Assembly (NCBI RefSeq): GCF_001194135.2
Contig: NC_068982.1
Location: 102,584,105-102,648,104 of the forward strand
Reading direction: 5' to 3'
DNA from: Octopus bimaculoides
Taxonomy: Eukaryota
Length of the DNA: 64,000 nt
Every line of letters begins with the position of its first letter. Within the stretch, counting starts at the first letter, position 1. Positions 53,051-64,000 of the stretch are shown piece by piece. Both the position numbers and the translations under genes were made by a program. Below the pieces are notes generated by a model. The model ran no database searches. It saw nothing but the letters and a program-made list of their open reading frames with translations, and had not been told where the DNA came from.

Positions 53051-53250
53051 TGCTAAGGTGAATATTTTATGAAATCCTACTCTTCTGTTTGAACATGGTT
53101 AATCTACAATGAAGTAGTGTCAAATACAAAATCCAGATTTAATCTATCGTGGTAGCCTAATTATATATATTTTTCATAATACAAGACATTCTTGTGCAGA
53201 AATCCACCAATGGATTCTCAATAAACAAAAATCCTAGAACGTTATATATT

Positions 53251-53514
53251 ATGATCTCAAATTTTGGCACGGGGTCAGCAATTTCGGGATGGGGGAGTAA
53301 GTCGATTACATTGACCCAGGTATCCAATTCGTACATATATTATCAGTCCCGAAAGGGATGAAAGGCGCAGTGAACCTCGGCGAAATTTGAACTCAAAACG
53401 TAAACACAGACAAAATGCCAATAAGCATTTTACCGAATCGCGGTAACGATTGGACGAAATGCCAATAACCATTTACCGCTCAATCGCGGTAACAATTCTG
53501 CCAACACGCTGCCT
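53251..53514 (-). mobile_element. SINE family A with a ~44-bp internal tandem duplication in the tRNA head
   Basis: Homologous to 7900-8111; duplicated unit at 53409-53451 and 53453-53497. Confidence 0.8.
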
Positions 53515-53782
53515 GAAAACGATATATATTATAAAATTGATATAAGTGAAAGCATATACATTATAATATTCATTACGTCATTCATTCGAGGTCAAGTACT
53601 GCTAAGGTTCACAATTCCATACAGCACATTCGATGTCGATAATATAATGTACTAGGTGCATGCTGTACAAAAATCGATCATCTTCAAGCTTTATTTTGTA
53701 AATGATATAACAAGTCATCCCATAAGTAATGTTCGAATTTTGGGTAAGGAAGAAAATGTAATCTACTACATTTTATAAAAAT

Positions 53783-54365
53783 TTAATTTTGTATATAATT
53801 CCCATCATTATCAATGACTTCCTTCCATCTATTCATCAGTTTTTTAATTCCATTGGTGAAAACTCCTTTGGTTTTGATGACAAGGAAGAGAGGTTAGTTT
53901 CGACCTCTTTGGGGTTTTTGAGTATTAATCTATCTAAATGATTTTATAAGTTTCGAAGCAAATGATAATCAGAAGGAGCGAGGTCCGGGGAATAAGGCGG
54001 GATAGGGGTTTTTACTATTCAAGGTCTTCGATCTTTTCTTATGTAATTTTTGCAGTGTGAGGCCTTACATTATTATGATGAACCAACACTCTCTTATCAT
54101 TCGCCGAAGTAGGCTCATTTTCTTCAAAGCAGCATCCATACGCTCTAATTATTGGCAATAAGTGTGAGCAGTTGTTGCATTAGTTAGTAGCAACTGTAAG
54201 TGGATAATTCCAATGCAATCCCACCAAACAGAAAGAACCTTTTTTGCATAGAGATCCTTTTGGGGGCAGTAGTTTAGTCTCCACAATTAAGCCATTGATT
54301 GCCTGCATCGCTTAATATTTTCATCCAAAAATTAATTTTTCATCACCAGTCACTAATTTGTTCAG
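53783..54365 (-). mobile_element. Degenerate mariner transposase, catalytic half
   Basis: LVTGDEK (54356-54336), KKVLSVWWDCIGIIH, HHNNVRPH (second Asp lost), PYSPDLAPSDYHL (53997-53959), RWKEVIDNDGNYIQ. Confidence 0.85.
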
Positions 54366-55368
54366 TGGACCTTATAGTGGAAACAGCTGTAGGCTAATGA
54401 AGTTCATAAGATAATCGATTATTCCTTTGTCATCTCTTTTTTACTTATATGTGTGTATTCGTGTGTGCATGTATATGTGAGTATATATATATAACGAAAC
54501 AGGAAAGTGGAAATCTTTTGGTATCATTTATTCTCCAGTACATGTGTTTCATTTGTTAATAGGAACTACAAACATTTACACGTTAGATAGACATGTAAGG
54601 AATTTCCTATTAGAAATTCGTGAGACAGAGACGGCTTTTTAATTTAAAAAAAAACTTCTCTGTTTAAGATTCTGCAACATGTGTATAGGAAGTAATACGT
54701 TAACACCGGTAAAAGTAGGTTATTTATCTTAGGTAGAGTCTGATTTGAAAACAAGTGACACCCGAAATTTTTGATTTCGTGTGGACAAAGTGAATAATGT
54801 CTAATGAATATTACGATAGAAATGAAAAAGATATAAAAAATAAAATAGAGGGGGTTGTATATATATCGGTTGCGGAAAGCACACTCGATGAATAAACTTG
54901 GAAGACATTTACAGGAAAATCTGATAGTTGAAATAGAACGAGTTTGGGACAGTTCATTGCTTATCCATTTAATCCGATAGTAGTGTAAAACAGCTAATAT
55001 TTTAAAAGATATTTATCAAAGAGAGGACATATGGTAAAAGTCTCTAATCGTGTAGTTAGACAATTTACAGTATTGCTATTTATTCATGTATTAATGGATA
55101 TATAAAATATATTTCGGAAGTAGTTAGTACATTTAGGGCGATGTATGTTATGTACCATACCTGAAAGATCGGATTCAAATACTTCTAGGTAATTAATTCT
55201 AAGACATGAGCTTTTGCATGTATTTAAACCGAAGTAGGTGCTTACTCCGGTGGTTTCTGAGCTGTAAAGCTGAGCAGCACACGTGATTAACCACATCTAC
55301 TTTCTCTCGTAGTTTTTTCATATATTATATTTTAGGCGGAGTAATATATATACATAAACACGCACACA

Positions 55369-55422
<54 letters not shown>

Positions 55423-57259
55423 CTTACACACAATCTTAGATACACATATAAATACCTGTGAGTTCATTATATATTATGTTGCGATTATTATAAATCACTA
55501 ACGCATATATGACCCTAATCATAGTTATTATAATTATCATCATAACTATAACCATCTCTGTCATAACTCGCATCTCTGTGAATACTACATTTCTTCACTG
55601 ATATCATCAGTATTCTATTTCATTCCTCTCTCATTGCCTTCTTGTTGTCATAGTTATTTATTTATTAAAGATTTCCAACATTAATTTGCTTTTATCTACA
55701 GTCTGCTTACAACTATAAAACGAACTCCTCTGATATTTTCTATATTCTCTCTCCGTTTTACCTCTGGACTTTTTACTTCCTTCCTCTTCGTTGGAAACTA
55801 AACAAAAACATTAAACACGAACTAAAACAATATGTAAATAGAAACAATCTATAATCAAAGTCCAAATTAAGAACATTGTTGCATCTTAACAATGCAGCCA
55901 TAATTTCCTTGTGCATTGTCTGTATCCGAAGTTTTAGTAACGTAACTCTCACATAATCAACCAAGTGAACGGCGCCTAAACATCCGATTTCCGTAACTTC
56001 TGGTTTTGATTTTTGTCTCTGTGTGCTTCTTTGTTTATTCAGGAAGGTTTCAGGAGAAATTCCTTTATCTCAATAGCCCAGCAGACAAGATATACATGTC
56101 TATATATCTATATATACACTTTCATACATGTATACGTACGTGTGCATGTAGCATATATATGTGAGTATGTGTTTCTATGTTTTCATATATATATAAACAC
56201 ACATTCACATATACATATGCTTATATAAATAAACATGTATGAATGTATTTACTCATATAAACACGCATATACCCATATGTAATTATGTGCACGATGTGTA
56301 AGTATTCGAATGAATATATATGTATGTGTATGTATATGTATAATCAAATGTATTTAATGTGTGTGTGTGTGTGTGTGTGTATACATAAATATATATATGT
56401 ATATACTGTATATAATATATCCATGCGTATAGTATACAATATATAAGATATATGTATTACATATAAATTAATACATACGCGCACACTTACACATACGGTT
56501 GTGTACGTGCGTGCTGTTTATGTTGCCGGTTTCCCCTCTTTATTTTGGCTAGGCTACTTTTACTTGAAACCTACCGCAACACCATTCTTTTGTTTATAAT
56601 ACAATCGGCAGATTTCCTTTGATATCAAATACCTCCAGCGGTAAATTATATTCGTTCTCGAGAACTTGAGACGCTGGAAGTAATCTCAGAGATTATTATC
56701 ACGAATAAATTCTTAGCGTTTACTTAATAATACAGTAATGTAATAATACCTATGGATGCGTTATTTATAATGTTTATTACCTTCTTGCTTAATTCTTTTA
56801 TTAATTATTTTAATTTAACTTTATTTTGCTATAAATTCCTTTAATTGTTTATGCTTAATTAATGTAGTGAAACTTTCTTCATCTTAAATCAGCTTTATGA
56901 GTAAACGAGGGAGTCTCAAAGTGGTTGAACGATTTGATTGAAATTGCAGCTAATTCTTCTTCTAAACACATCATACCGTTTTAAATAAAGCATACGTTAA
57001 ACAATGCTATTGCTGATACACTTTAAGATGGGTTAGTCACGACTAACGTTTTTGACTATATATCTGTTCATTCAAGACTGATGTGGGAATCCTCAAAATC
57101 ACTAAAAGCAGTGATAAGGAAGGCTTCATTAAATAACGTTGTCTTTGGATAATTTTATAAATAGATGGAATGGCCATGGTTAGGATGTCTATGGTAATAG
57201 ATCTACCACGACAGTCAAATATCAACAACAATTAGTTATCGAGTTAAGGTAGTATCACT

Positions 57260-57391
57260 GGTATGGTTGTGTGATTAAGAAGATTGCTTTGCATCCACGT
57301 GGTTCTGAGTTCAGTCCCACTGCGTGTCACCTTGGACAAGTGTCTTCTACTATAGCCCCAAAGCCGATCAATACCTTGTGAATGAATTTGG
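57260..57391 (+). mobile_element. SINE family C, 5' half (interrupted by mariner)
   Basis: GGTTGTGTGATTAAGAAG..GAGTTCAGTCCCACTGCGTGTCACCTTGGACAAGTGTCTTCTACTATAGCC..GAATTTGG; the sequence continues after 58486. Confidence 0.85.
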
Positions 57392-58484
57392 ATCAATAAT
57401 GTATTCACCCTTGTTGTTTACAACTTCTTCCCAACGTTCAACAAGATTTCAATACCACGCTGGTAGAAATCACCCGATTTCGATTAGAAAAATTGATCCA
57501 ACCAAGCTCTCAATTCTGCATCAGTATTGAACGAAACTCCGCGCATAGCATTTGAAAGAGATCGAAAGAAGTAGAAATCCGCTGATGCCAAATCAGGAGA
57601 GTACGGCGGGTGTGGCAGCACTTCCCACCCATGCGTTTGAATGGCTTCCTTGGTCATATTAGCGATATGAGGGCGGGCATTATCGTGCAGCAGAACTCCA
57701 TGCTGCCGATTAAGTCTTTCCTCTTGAATAGCCGTGTTGAGCCGTGCCATCTGTTGAACATAGAGTTCCGCGTTGACCGTTTGGTTCCGTTCAAGCAATT
57801 CGTAGTGGATAATCCCTTCCCAGTCCCACCATACACACAACNNNNNNNNNNNNNNNNNNNNNNNNNNNNNNNNNNNNNNNNNNNNNNNNNNNNNNNNNNN
57901 NNNNNNNNNNNNNNNNNNNNNNNNNNNNNNNNNNNNNNNNNNNNNNNNNNNNNNNNNNNNNNNNNNNNNNNNNNNNNNNNNNNNNNNNNNNNNNNNNNNN
58001 NNNNNNNNNNNNNNNNNNNNNNNNNNNNNNNNNNNNNNNNNNNNNNNNNNNNNNNNNNNNNNNNNNNNNNNNNNNNNNNNNNNNNNNNNNNNNNNNNNNN
58101 NNNNNNNNNNNNNNNNNNNNNNNNNNNNNNNNNNNNNNNNNNNNNNNNNTTGAACTTGGCATACCAATCACGAGCGGTTCTTTCAGCTATGGCGCCCTCT
58201 CCGTACACAGCACAAATGTCGCGAGCAGCTTTTGCGGCCTTAGAACCTTGATTAAAAGCTAAAAAAGGAGGTGTCGAAAATGCTTGTTTTTCTTAACTTG
58301 ACATTCCAATTTAATGATCTGAATATAAATAAAAAGTAGCTAAAATTAACTAGAAAAAAACAAGCAAAATAGATTTTTAAATGATTCAAAAATAGAATTC
58401 TCGAAAAAAATAGCTTCCAAAATTTAAAAACGCAATAAATTCCAAAATTTAAAAAAAACGGCGGGAACTTAGTTGCCAATCCAA
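57392..58484 (-). mobile_element. Defective mariner (DD34D, mellifera-like TIR) with 5' TIR only
   Basis: TA + TTGGATTGGCAACTAAGTTCCCGCCG at 58486 and leftwards. N-terminus LECQVKKNKHFRH/AFNQGSKAAKAARDICAVYGEGAIAERTARDWYAKF (start appears as TTG; frameshift near 58260). After the gap (57842-58149): CVWWDWEGIIHYELL...HDNARPH-(34)-YSPDLASAD, a stop at 57484-57486, and the C-terminus ERWEEVVNNKGEYIID fused directly to the SINE. Confidence 0.93.
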
Positions 58485-58486
58485 TA

Positions 58487-58717
58487 TATCTATACATGTG
58501 TGAATGTGATTGTGTATGTGTATCATTGTCTTTGTGTTTGCCCTCCCCCACAACGCTTGACAACCGATGTTGGTTTCTTTAATTACTCGTAAATTAGCTC
58601 TTCGGCAAAAGAGAACCGCAGAATAAGTACTGGAATCAATTTGTTGGAATAAAACTCGTCGAGACGTTGCCCGAGCGAAGCTGCAGTCCAATGACTGAAA
58701 CAGGTAAATAATGAAAG
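58487..58717 (+). mobile_element. SINE family C, 3' half
   Basis: TG-rich tract, GCTTGACAACCGATGTTGG..CGGCAAAAGAG..GAATAAGTACTGG..CAATGACTGAAACAGGTAAA, matching the 3' half of 52649-53050. Confidence 0.8.
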
Positions 58718-58856
58718 ATGTGGAAAGCAAGGAATCACTGGGTTTTTTATATAATAATTTATATACAGAGCTCGAAATTTATTACTTCCCTTACTTTCTC
58801 AATGGTTATTTAATGTATATACTATTTTACTGCTGCTAAATATAGTTTCCAGCTGC

Positions 58857-59418
58857 CTTCAGTGGCGGACAATCTAGTATGAAGTATTCTGTGTTATACC
58901 TAAAGTATTTTGAGGTAGTAATGCAAAGTCCTGAGACATATAGACTCATAGTGACGGTTTACCGGTTTGCATGGTGTATATATTCCCCACTTGGACGTAG
59001 CCTGTTGCAGGGTTACTTCTTTTGCCAGCTGAGTGGACTGGAGCAACGTGAAATAAATTGTTTCTACTCAAGGACACAACGCGTGACCGGTCCAGGAATC
59101 GAAACCACAATCTTGTGATCATAAGTCCAACACCCGCACCACTAAGCCATGCATCTCCACTGTATTTTGAGGGACTTGTGCTATTTATGAAGAATTTACT
59201 GAATAAAAATACAAATATTGAGCCGTCATAAGGGTCATACAGCCAGAGATAGAAAGGGGGAGAGAGAGAGATTTATGTATGTAGTATTTATGCATATATT
59301 CGCGTGAAAGGAGTCTGTGTAAAAAAAATGTCGTGTTTTACTGTAACTCTTCAGTGGCGGACAATCTAGTATGAAGTACTCTGTGTTTTACCTAAAGTAT
59401 TTTGATGTAGTAATGCAA
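58857..59418. repeat. 70-bp direct repeat pair (58857-58926 and 59349-59418)
   Basis: CTTCAGTGGCGGACAATCTAGTATGAAGTA...GTAGTAATGCAA; 3 mismatches in 70. Confidence 0.92.
58953..59160 (-). mobile_element. tRNA-derived SINE, family D (CORE-like central domain)
   Basis: GTGGAGATGCATGGCTTAGTGG (A box), GGTTTCGATTCC (B-box-like), then TGTGTCCTTGAG..TTTATTTCACGTTGCTCCAGTCCACTCAGCTGGCAAAA. Confidence 0.8.
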
Positions 59419-61299
59419 TCACAGACATTGCACGCGTATGCATGCTCCAGTAAGTTCGTATTTTTATCGATGCGTGTGAGTGCATATTCGTGTGTGTGTA
59501 TGTCTATATATATTATAGATTTATAAATCTAGTGCTAACTTGTGCACGAATGCACAGACATATGCCCTAAGTATTTACTTACTAATTCATAATGTACTAC
59601 TTTTGGAAGAAAGGAGGATAATTTGAAAGGTAAGTTATACTTATGTTTTCATAAACACAGTTTTTAACCCCCGTTTCTGCCCATGGAGAGATAAAACTTG
59701 CAGCGTAATCATTACTTTCAGTGCATTTTTTTAAATATATAAAATGTTATATTTTTCATTTCAAATTATAAAAATAACGCTACGCAAGCTCTCTGAATTA
59801 AGCCAGTTTGTCGAGGTATATACCCTGCTACGCAAATTATACTCACTCAATCTTGTTGATTCTTAATTTGCTGAACAGGAGATGTGCATTCTTTCTCTGA
59901 TATAAGTTTAGTGAGACTAAAATCTCCTCAGACAGATCTCATTTATTTCTGTACATAGGCAGAAAAAATTGTGGTGTATATACTTTATTTTTTTAAGCAA
60001 GCCAGAAACTGTTTATTACAAATATGTATATCATACATTTCAAAGTTTATATTTATATCTGCACATATATATATTTATATTATCTATGTTTTGTATGTTG
60101 CTTACAAAAGTTATAAAAGCGATCGGTGTAATATATATTTTATCATATATTTTATATATATTTATATATATTTTTAACATATATTTTATCATATATAAGT
60201 AAATCATTTGAAAATTACCACTATTTATTGCAGTTTTGTGTGGCTATCTGCATTCCAAAGAAGGCAGAATGTAGAGATAGAAATGTTAAGTGAACGTAAT
60301 GCTAGCTAAGATTAAGTTACGAAACGACATCAGTGGAATTCAGATCTTAGGTGGTGACTCAGCATATTTATTAGACTTTATGAGCGAGTATTCTAATCGG
60401 CATCTTCATACCAACATAATTTGCTGCTTATTTTGTTACTTAAGACAGGCGAACCTTGGTTTAATAAATGGTGCTATTTTAGACTTAATTCTTAACGAGG
60501 GCTGCTACGACTACAATTTGTTATATGTGTTTGTTAATTTTTTCTCTTCTCTACTAGATGAGCGATACATATACGGAAGCAAAACCGTCTACATCCAATA
60601 TTTTGAACTTCTGCCCATTCAGTTTAGATGCTACGTTACACACATAACAGTAACTTATCTTGAAAGAGTTAAACAGTCGGTAGAGCATCTGACTCTATGT
60701 TAGAGACGAGAATATTTCTTTATTCAAATTCATGGTGTTTAATCGCTTACTCATTAAAACTTGGAAATTATTTGCTTTCTTAATAAGTAAATAAATCACT
60801 TAAGCTCTGCATCTAAAGTGACTAACTGTAGATATTGGTTGATGACAAATATATCATAGATCTAACAGAGGAGAAGTATGCTTGCGCCTGTATGTTGGTG
60901 GGATTTTAATTAAAACATTTAAACATTGAAATGACATGAAACTTCCTACAATTCAAATTATCAAACTGTAATCAAAACATATAGAGATTGTATACTGCAA
61001 CATAATCATTAGTTAACCTGTTTATTTTAACTTTAAAAGAGTTCTTTGAATAAGACGTGGAATTTTATGACGCATATTTACTCATGCAACTAAGAATCTT
61101 CCTGTGATTACTGTACTGCTGTGCAAGAATGCAAACTGCTCCAGGCGTGACCCTTGTTGTTGAAAGAAACATTTCCTGTATGGTTAATGCAAATTCTCAT
61201 CAAAATTGATTGCTTGTTAAACGGAATTATTTGATTTAAAACACAGTTGAAATACTATTTCTAACTTAGGCAAAAGGCCACCCATTATTAGAGCAAGAT

Positions 61300-61430
61300 A
61301 GTTAATCACTATATCAACCCTAGTATTTAACATGTACTTGCCCTCGAAAAGAGGAAAGGCAAAGTCGACTGCCTGCAGGATTTTGACTCAGAATGTAAAG
61401 GCTCGAAACAATCAACGCAAGGCATTTTCC
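61300..61430 (-). mobile_element. Degenerate SINE family A fragment
   Basis: GAAAGGCAAAGTCGAC..TTTGACTCAGAATGTAAAG, as in 7900-8111. Confidence 0.6.
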
Positions 61431-62429
61431 GACTCTCTTACGCAATTGTCAATTCGAAATTTGAATATTAAAAAGAAAACTTGTGCAACCAATTCCCATA
61501 GGCGCAGATGTAGTTGTTTTGCAAAGAATTTCGCTCTGGTACTACATTGCTCCGATTTCAATTCATCTGCACAGTACTTTGAGGACCTATCTGTTACTAT
61601 ATCCTTAGTCTTACCAATAGCTTTTGAGCAGAATTTGGTTGTCATTGTCATTGCTTTTATCTTATGGTCGGTGCGCACTAATCCAATCTATGATCAAAGG
61701 CGAATTCCAGCAGTTACCTTTCCGTTTTTTATATATAGTGAATCTTTCTTTTTTGAGGGAACGTGATTGGTAGTTCCAATAGTCGATCGACTATATGGAG
61801 ATTTCCTCATTAGTTTGGTTCGACTTTAGGAGACAGTTCAAGTTACCAGAACAGGAAGACCTAGCCTTCATTGGCTGAGTACAATATACAAAGATTACAA
61901 CTGAGGACATAAACTAAACAAGGTTGATGAGAATACTTGTTTGACACACAAGTTCATTTTAAAAACTGATGTGTCAAAATGATAACCTATTAGATAGATC
62001 AACTATATAAATGCTAGACTTAAATAAGTACTGAATGTCAATATTAACGATTAAAACACCTTTGAAGTCGCGTTCCTGCATGATTGCAGATCAATGGCTA
62101 AAATCAGCAACAGAAAAACTTTTAATCCTTCATCTGGTGGAATTCGGACATCATCAGTTCAGCGCATACAGAAAGATTATGTGAGAGAGTATCCTTGTAA
62201 GAAATTTGAAATAGAAACTTGATAAATCGGATCGACCAAAATCTTTAGTACTTCCAAATTGGCTTCATTTACTGTAATACGTTTGATTTCATGTATATCT
62301 ATCTGCTTTCAGTTAAAGTTTCGGTAGAATTAGTCTCCCCAAACGTATAATCTGCAGTGTGCACGAACGAGAAAAAATTAGAATTATCACTCAACAGTTA
62401 CAAGTAATGTTTGTAGATGTGATACACAA

Positions 62430-62650
62430 ATGAATTTCTTCCATAACCATTTACGTTTTTTTTTTTATGAAAATGGAAACATCAATACTAGCAATTACTT
62501 TGCTGCGTTGCATCAGTATGTGCCGTCTCAACGAATTTTAATGCTAGACGGTGCACCACCACATTTCGTCAAAACCAACGTTATCAACACCTTTACATCT
62601 GAACGCGTAATTCTTCTAGATATCCAAATGAATAGTTTCTGCAATTTTTT
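62430..62650 (+). mobile_element. Tc1/mariner-superfamily (DGAPPH-type, DD41D/maT-like) transposase remnant
   Basis: FFFYENGNINTSNY...LDGAPPHF (DGAPPH at 62547-62564), resembling PFFFE..TVN..NY..QQDGAPPH; downstream motifs are eroded. Confidence 0.45.
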
Positions 62651-63147
62651 TGACATAACCAAACGTGGAGCAGACATTTAGGACAATAACTTGAAGTAGA
62701 AATGTGTCATCCTGTCGCTTCAGTGGTATTATTTGAAATGAAAAATATAAATCTTCGATGACTGTAATAATTTTATAGCAGACAACTTCTTTTTTTCGAC
62801 TATTTCTTATTTGCTTTGATATACCGAGTTCTTAATAAAAGCTGAAGGTACGAATGTGACTAATAACATATTCAAATTGCGTCTTTGGTAGTTATGTGAT
62901 GATTTTACAATATAAATAATTTAAATACACTATAAGTGTATTATATCAGACTCTTCAAACACACACACTCACACACTTACATACACACACAGCCACACAT
63001 ATTCACATATAGACGCATACACTCAAACACACATATATTCACACACACTACCACAAATATATATATACATATTCGTACATACAGACACATAGGCATACAT
63101 GCATACACGCATGCATATATATATATATATACACACACATACACACA

Positions 63148-63196
<49 letters not shown>

Positions 63197-63514
63197 CTGG
63201 TAGTAACACCCTTGCTTTGAAAGAAACGGTTCAAAACTGTTTATTAAGCAGAGTGGGATAATATTTATTCAATACTGACGAGATGGCTCGAATACACCAG
63301 AAAATATCTTGCAAAATTTAGAGTTCTGAGTTAACGGAAATTTCTGAAGTTATACTTTGATCTAATTTAACGTATTTTCCCACGTAGACCCTGAAAATTT
63401 CTTCTAATTTGTAAAGGAATATGATTCTCGGAACAGTAACCGATGAGAATATAAGCAAGTATCACATATTATTTCACACATATATATAATATGTGACAAT
63501 TATTCGGTAGCCAT

Positions 63515-63575
63515 GATAAAACTCCGAGTTTCGGATGTCGGAGCGGAAACCAACGCCGGCATCTCTTCAGTTATC
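63515..63575 (-). ncRNA. Type-I hammerhead ribozyme motif, near intact
   Basis: GATAA-CTGAAGA-GATG(22 nt)CATC-C-GAAA-CTCGGAG-TT-TTATC. Stem I is GATAA/TTATC, stem II is GATG/CATC with one extra C, stem III is ACTC-G-GAGT, and the triplet is GUU. Confidence 0.75.
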
Positions 63576-63846
63576 GGGCCATCAAGAAAATTCTATGAAA
63601 ATGACCGTTAAACAAAGGGAAATTATTGTGTGATTGACCGTTATTAAGACAAAAGAGCTATTAGAATGACCGCTAAGTAAGGGATGGGAGTTAAAAAGGT
63701 AAGGGAGTAAAAATGTTCATAGCAATAGCGTAAGCGCGCATGTCCATACATACACATGTGCGCCCGCACACCCACGTACATGTGCCTATATGTATATACT
63801 CATCCACCCTCACTTGCTCAACAGAGCATACATACATACATACATA

Positions 63847-64000
63847 CGAGGGGTACCCAAAAGTTACCGGAAACCTTCTCTGTGGGACGAGCCCGTTGAG
63901 GTTCAGGCTTCTGCCGCTAGAAGCAACTTGATGTGACCCTCAGGCATCAGTCTGCCGACTGGCTTTTTTGTTCCTTTATGTTTCAGTCATATGATTGAGG
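63847..64000 (+). mobile_element. Left end of a mariner-type element running off the window
   Basis: TA (63845-63846) + CGAGGGGTACCCAAAAGTTACCGGAA, near identical to the reverse complement of the TIR at 31035-31060. Confidence 0.75.

Noticed and set aside
63275-63295. CTGACGA-GATGGCTC-GAAT
   Set aside because: GAAA box broken, 2-bp stem II, no stem I or III; not distinguishable from chance.

Overview
AT-rich eukaryotic scaffold DNA with 14 N-gaps and dense microsatellites ((TA)n, (CA)n, (TACA)n, (GATA)n, (TAA)n, (GTA)n). The repeat spectrum looks like a cephalopod (Octopus-type) genome; that is my inference, not a database result. I found no host protein-coding gene, rRNA, bona fide tRNA gene or CRISPR array. 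Most ORF-track entries are microsatellite or gap read-throughs. The window is made largely of decayed transposable elements: several tRNA-derived SINE families, three mariner transposase relics plus the start of a fourth element, two DUF4817/DGAPPH-type Tc1/mariner relics, a Buster/Charlie-type hAT relic, three R4/Dong-type restriction-like-endonuclease LINE 3' fragments, two RTE-type LINE fragments, a very old Ty3/Gypsy pol, and at least five Penelope-like element (PLE) GIY-YIG fragments. The most notable signal is a set of minimal type-I hammerhead ribozyme (HHR) motifs (8.6, 17.7, 17.9, 39.4, 51.9 and 63.5 kb, plus a partial copy at 40.2 kb). One with an intact core sits in the 3' part of a tRNA-headed (A-box/B-box) SINE-like element at 39368-39667. 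This suggests a Pol III-driven, ribozyme-bearing non-autonomous retroelement that may use PLE machinery. All translations, alignments and folds were done by eye.
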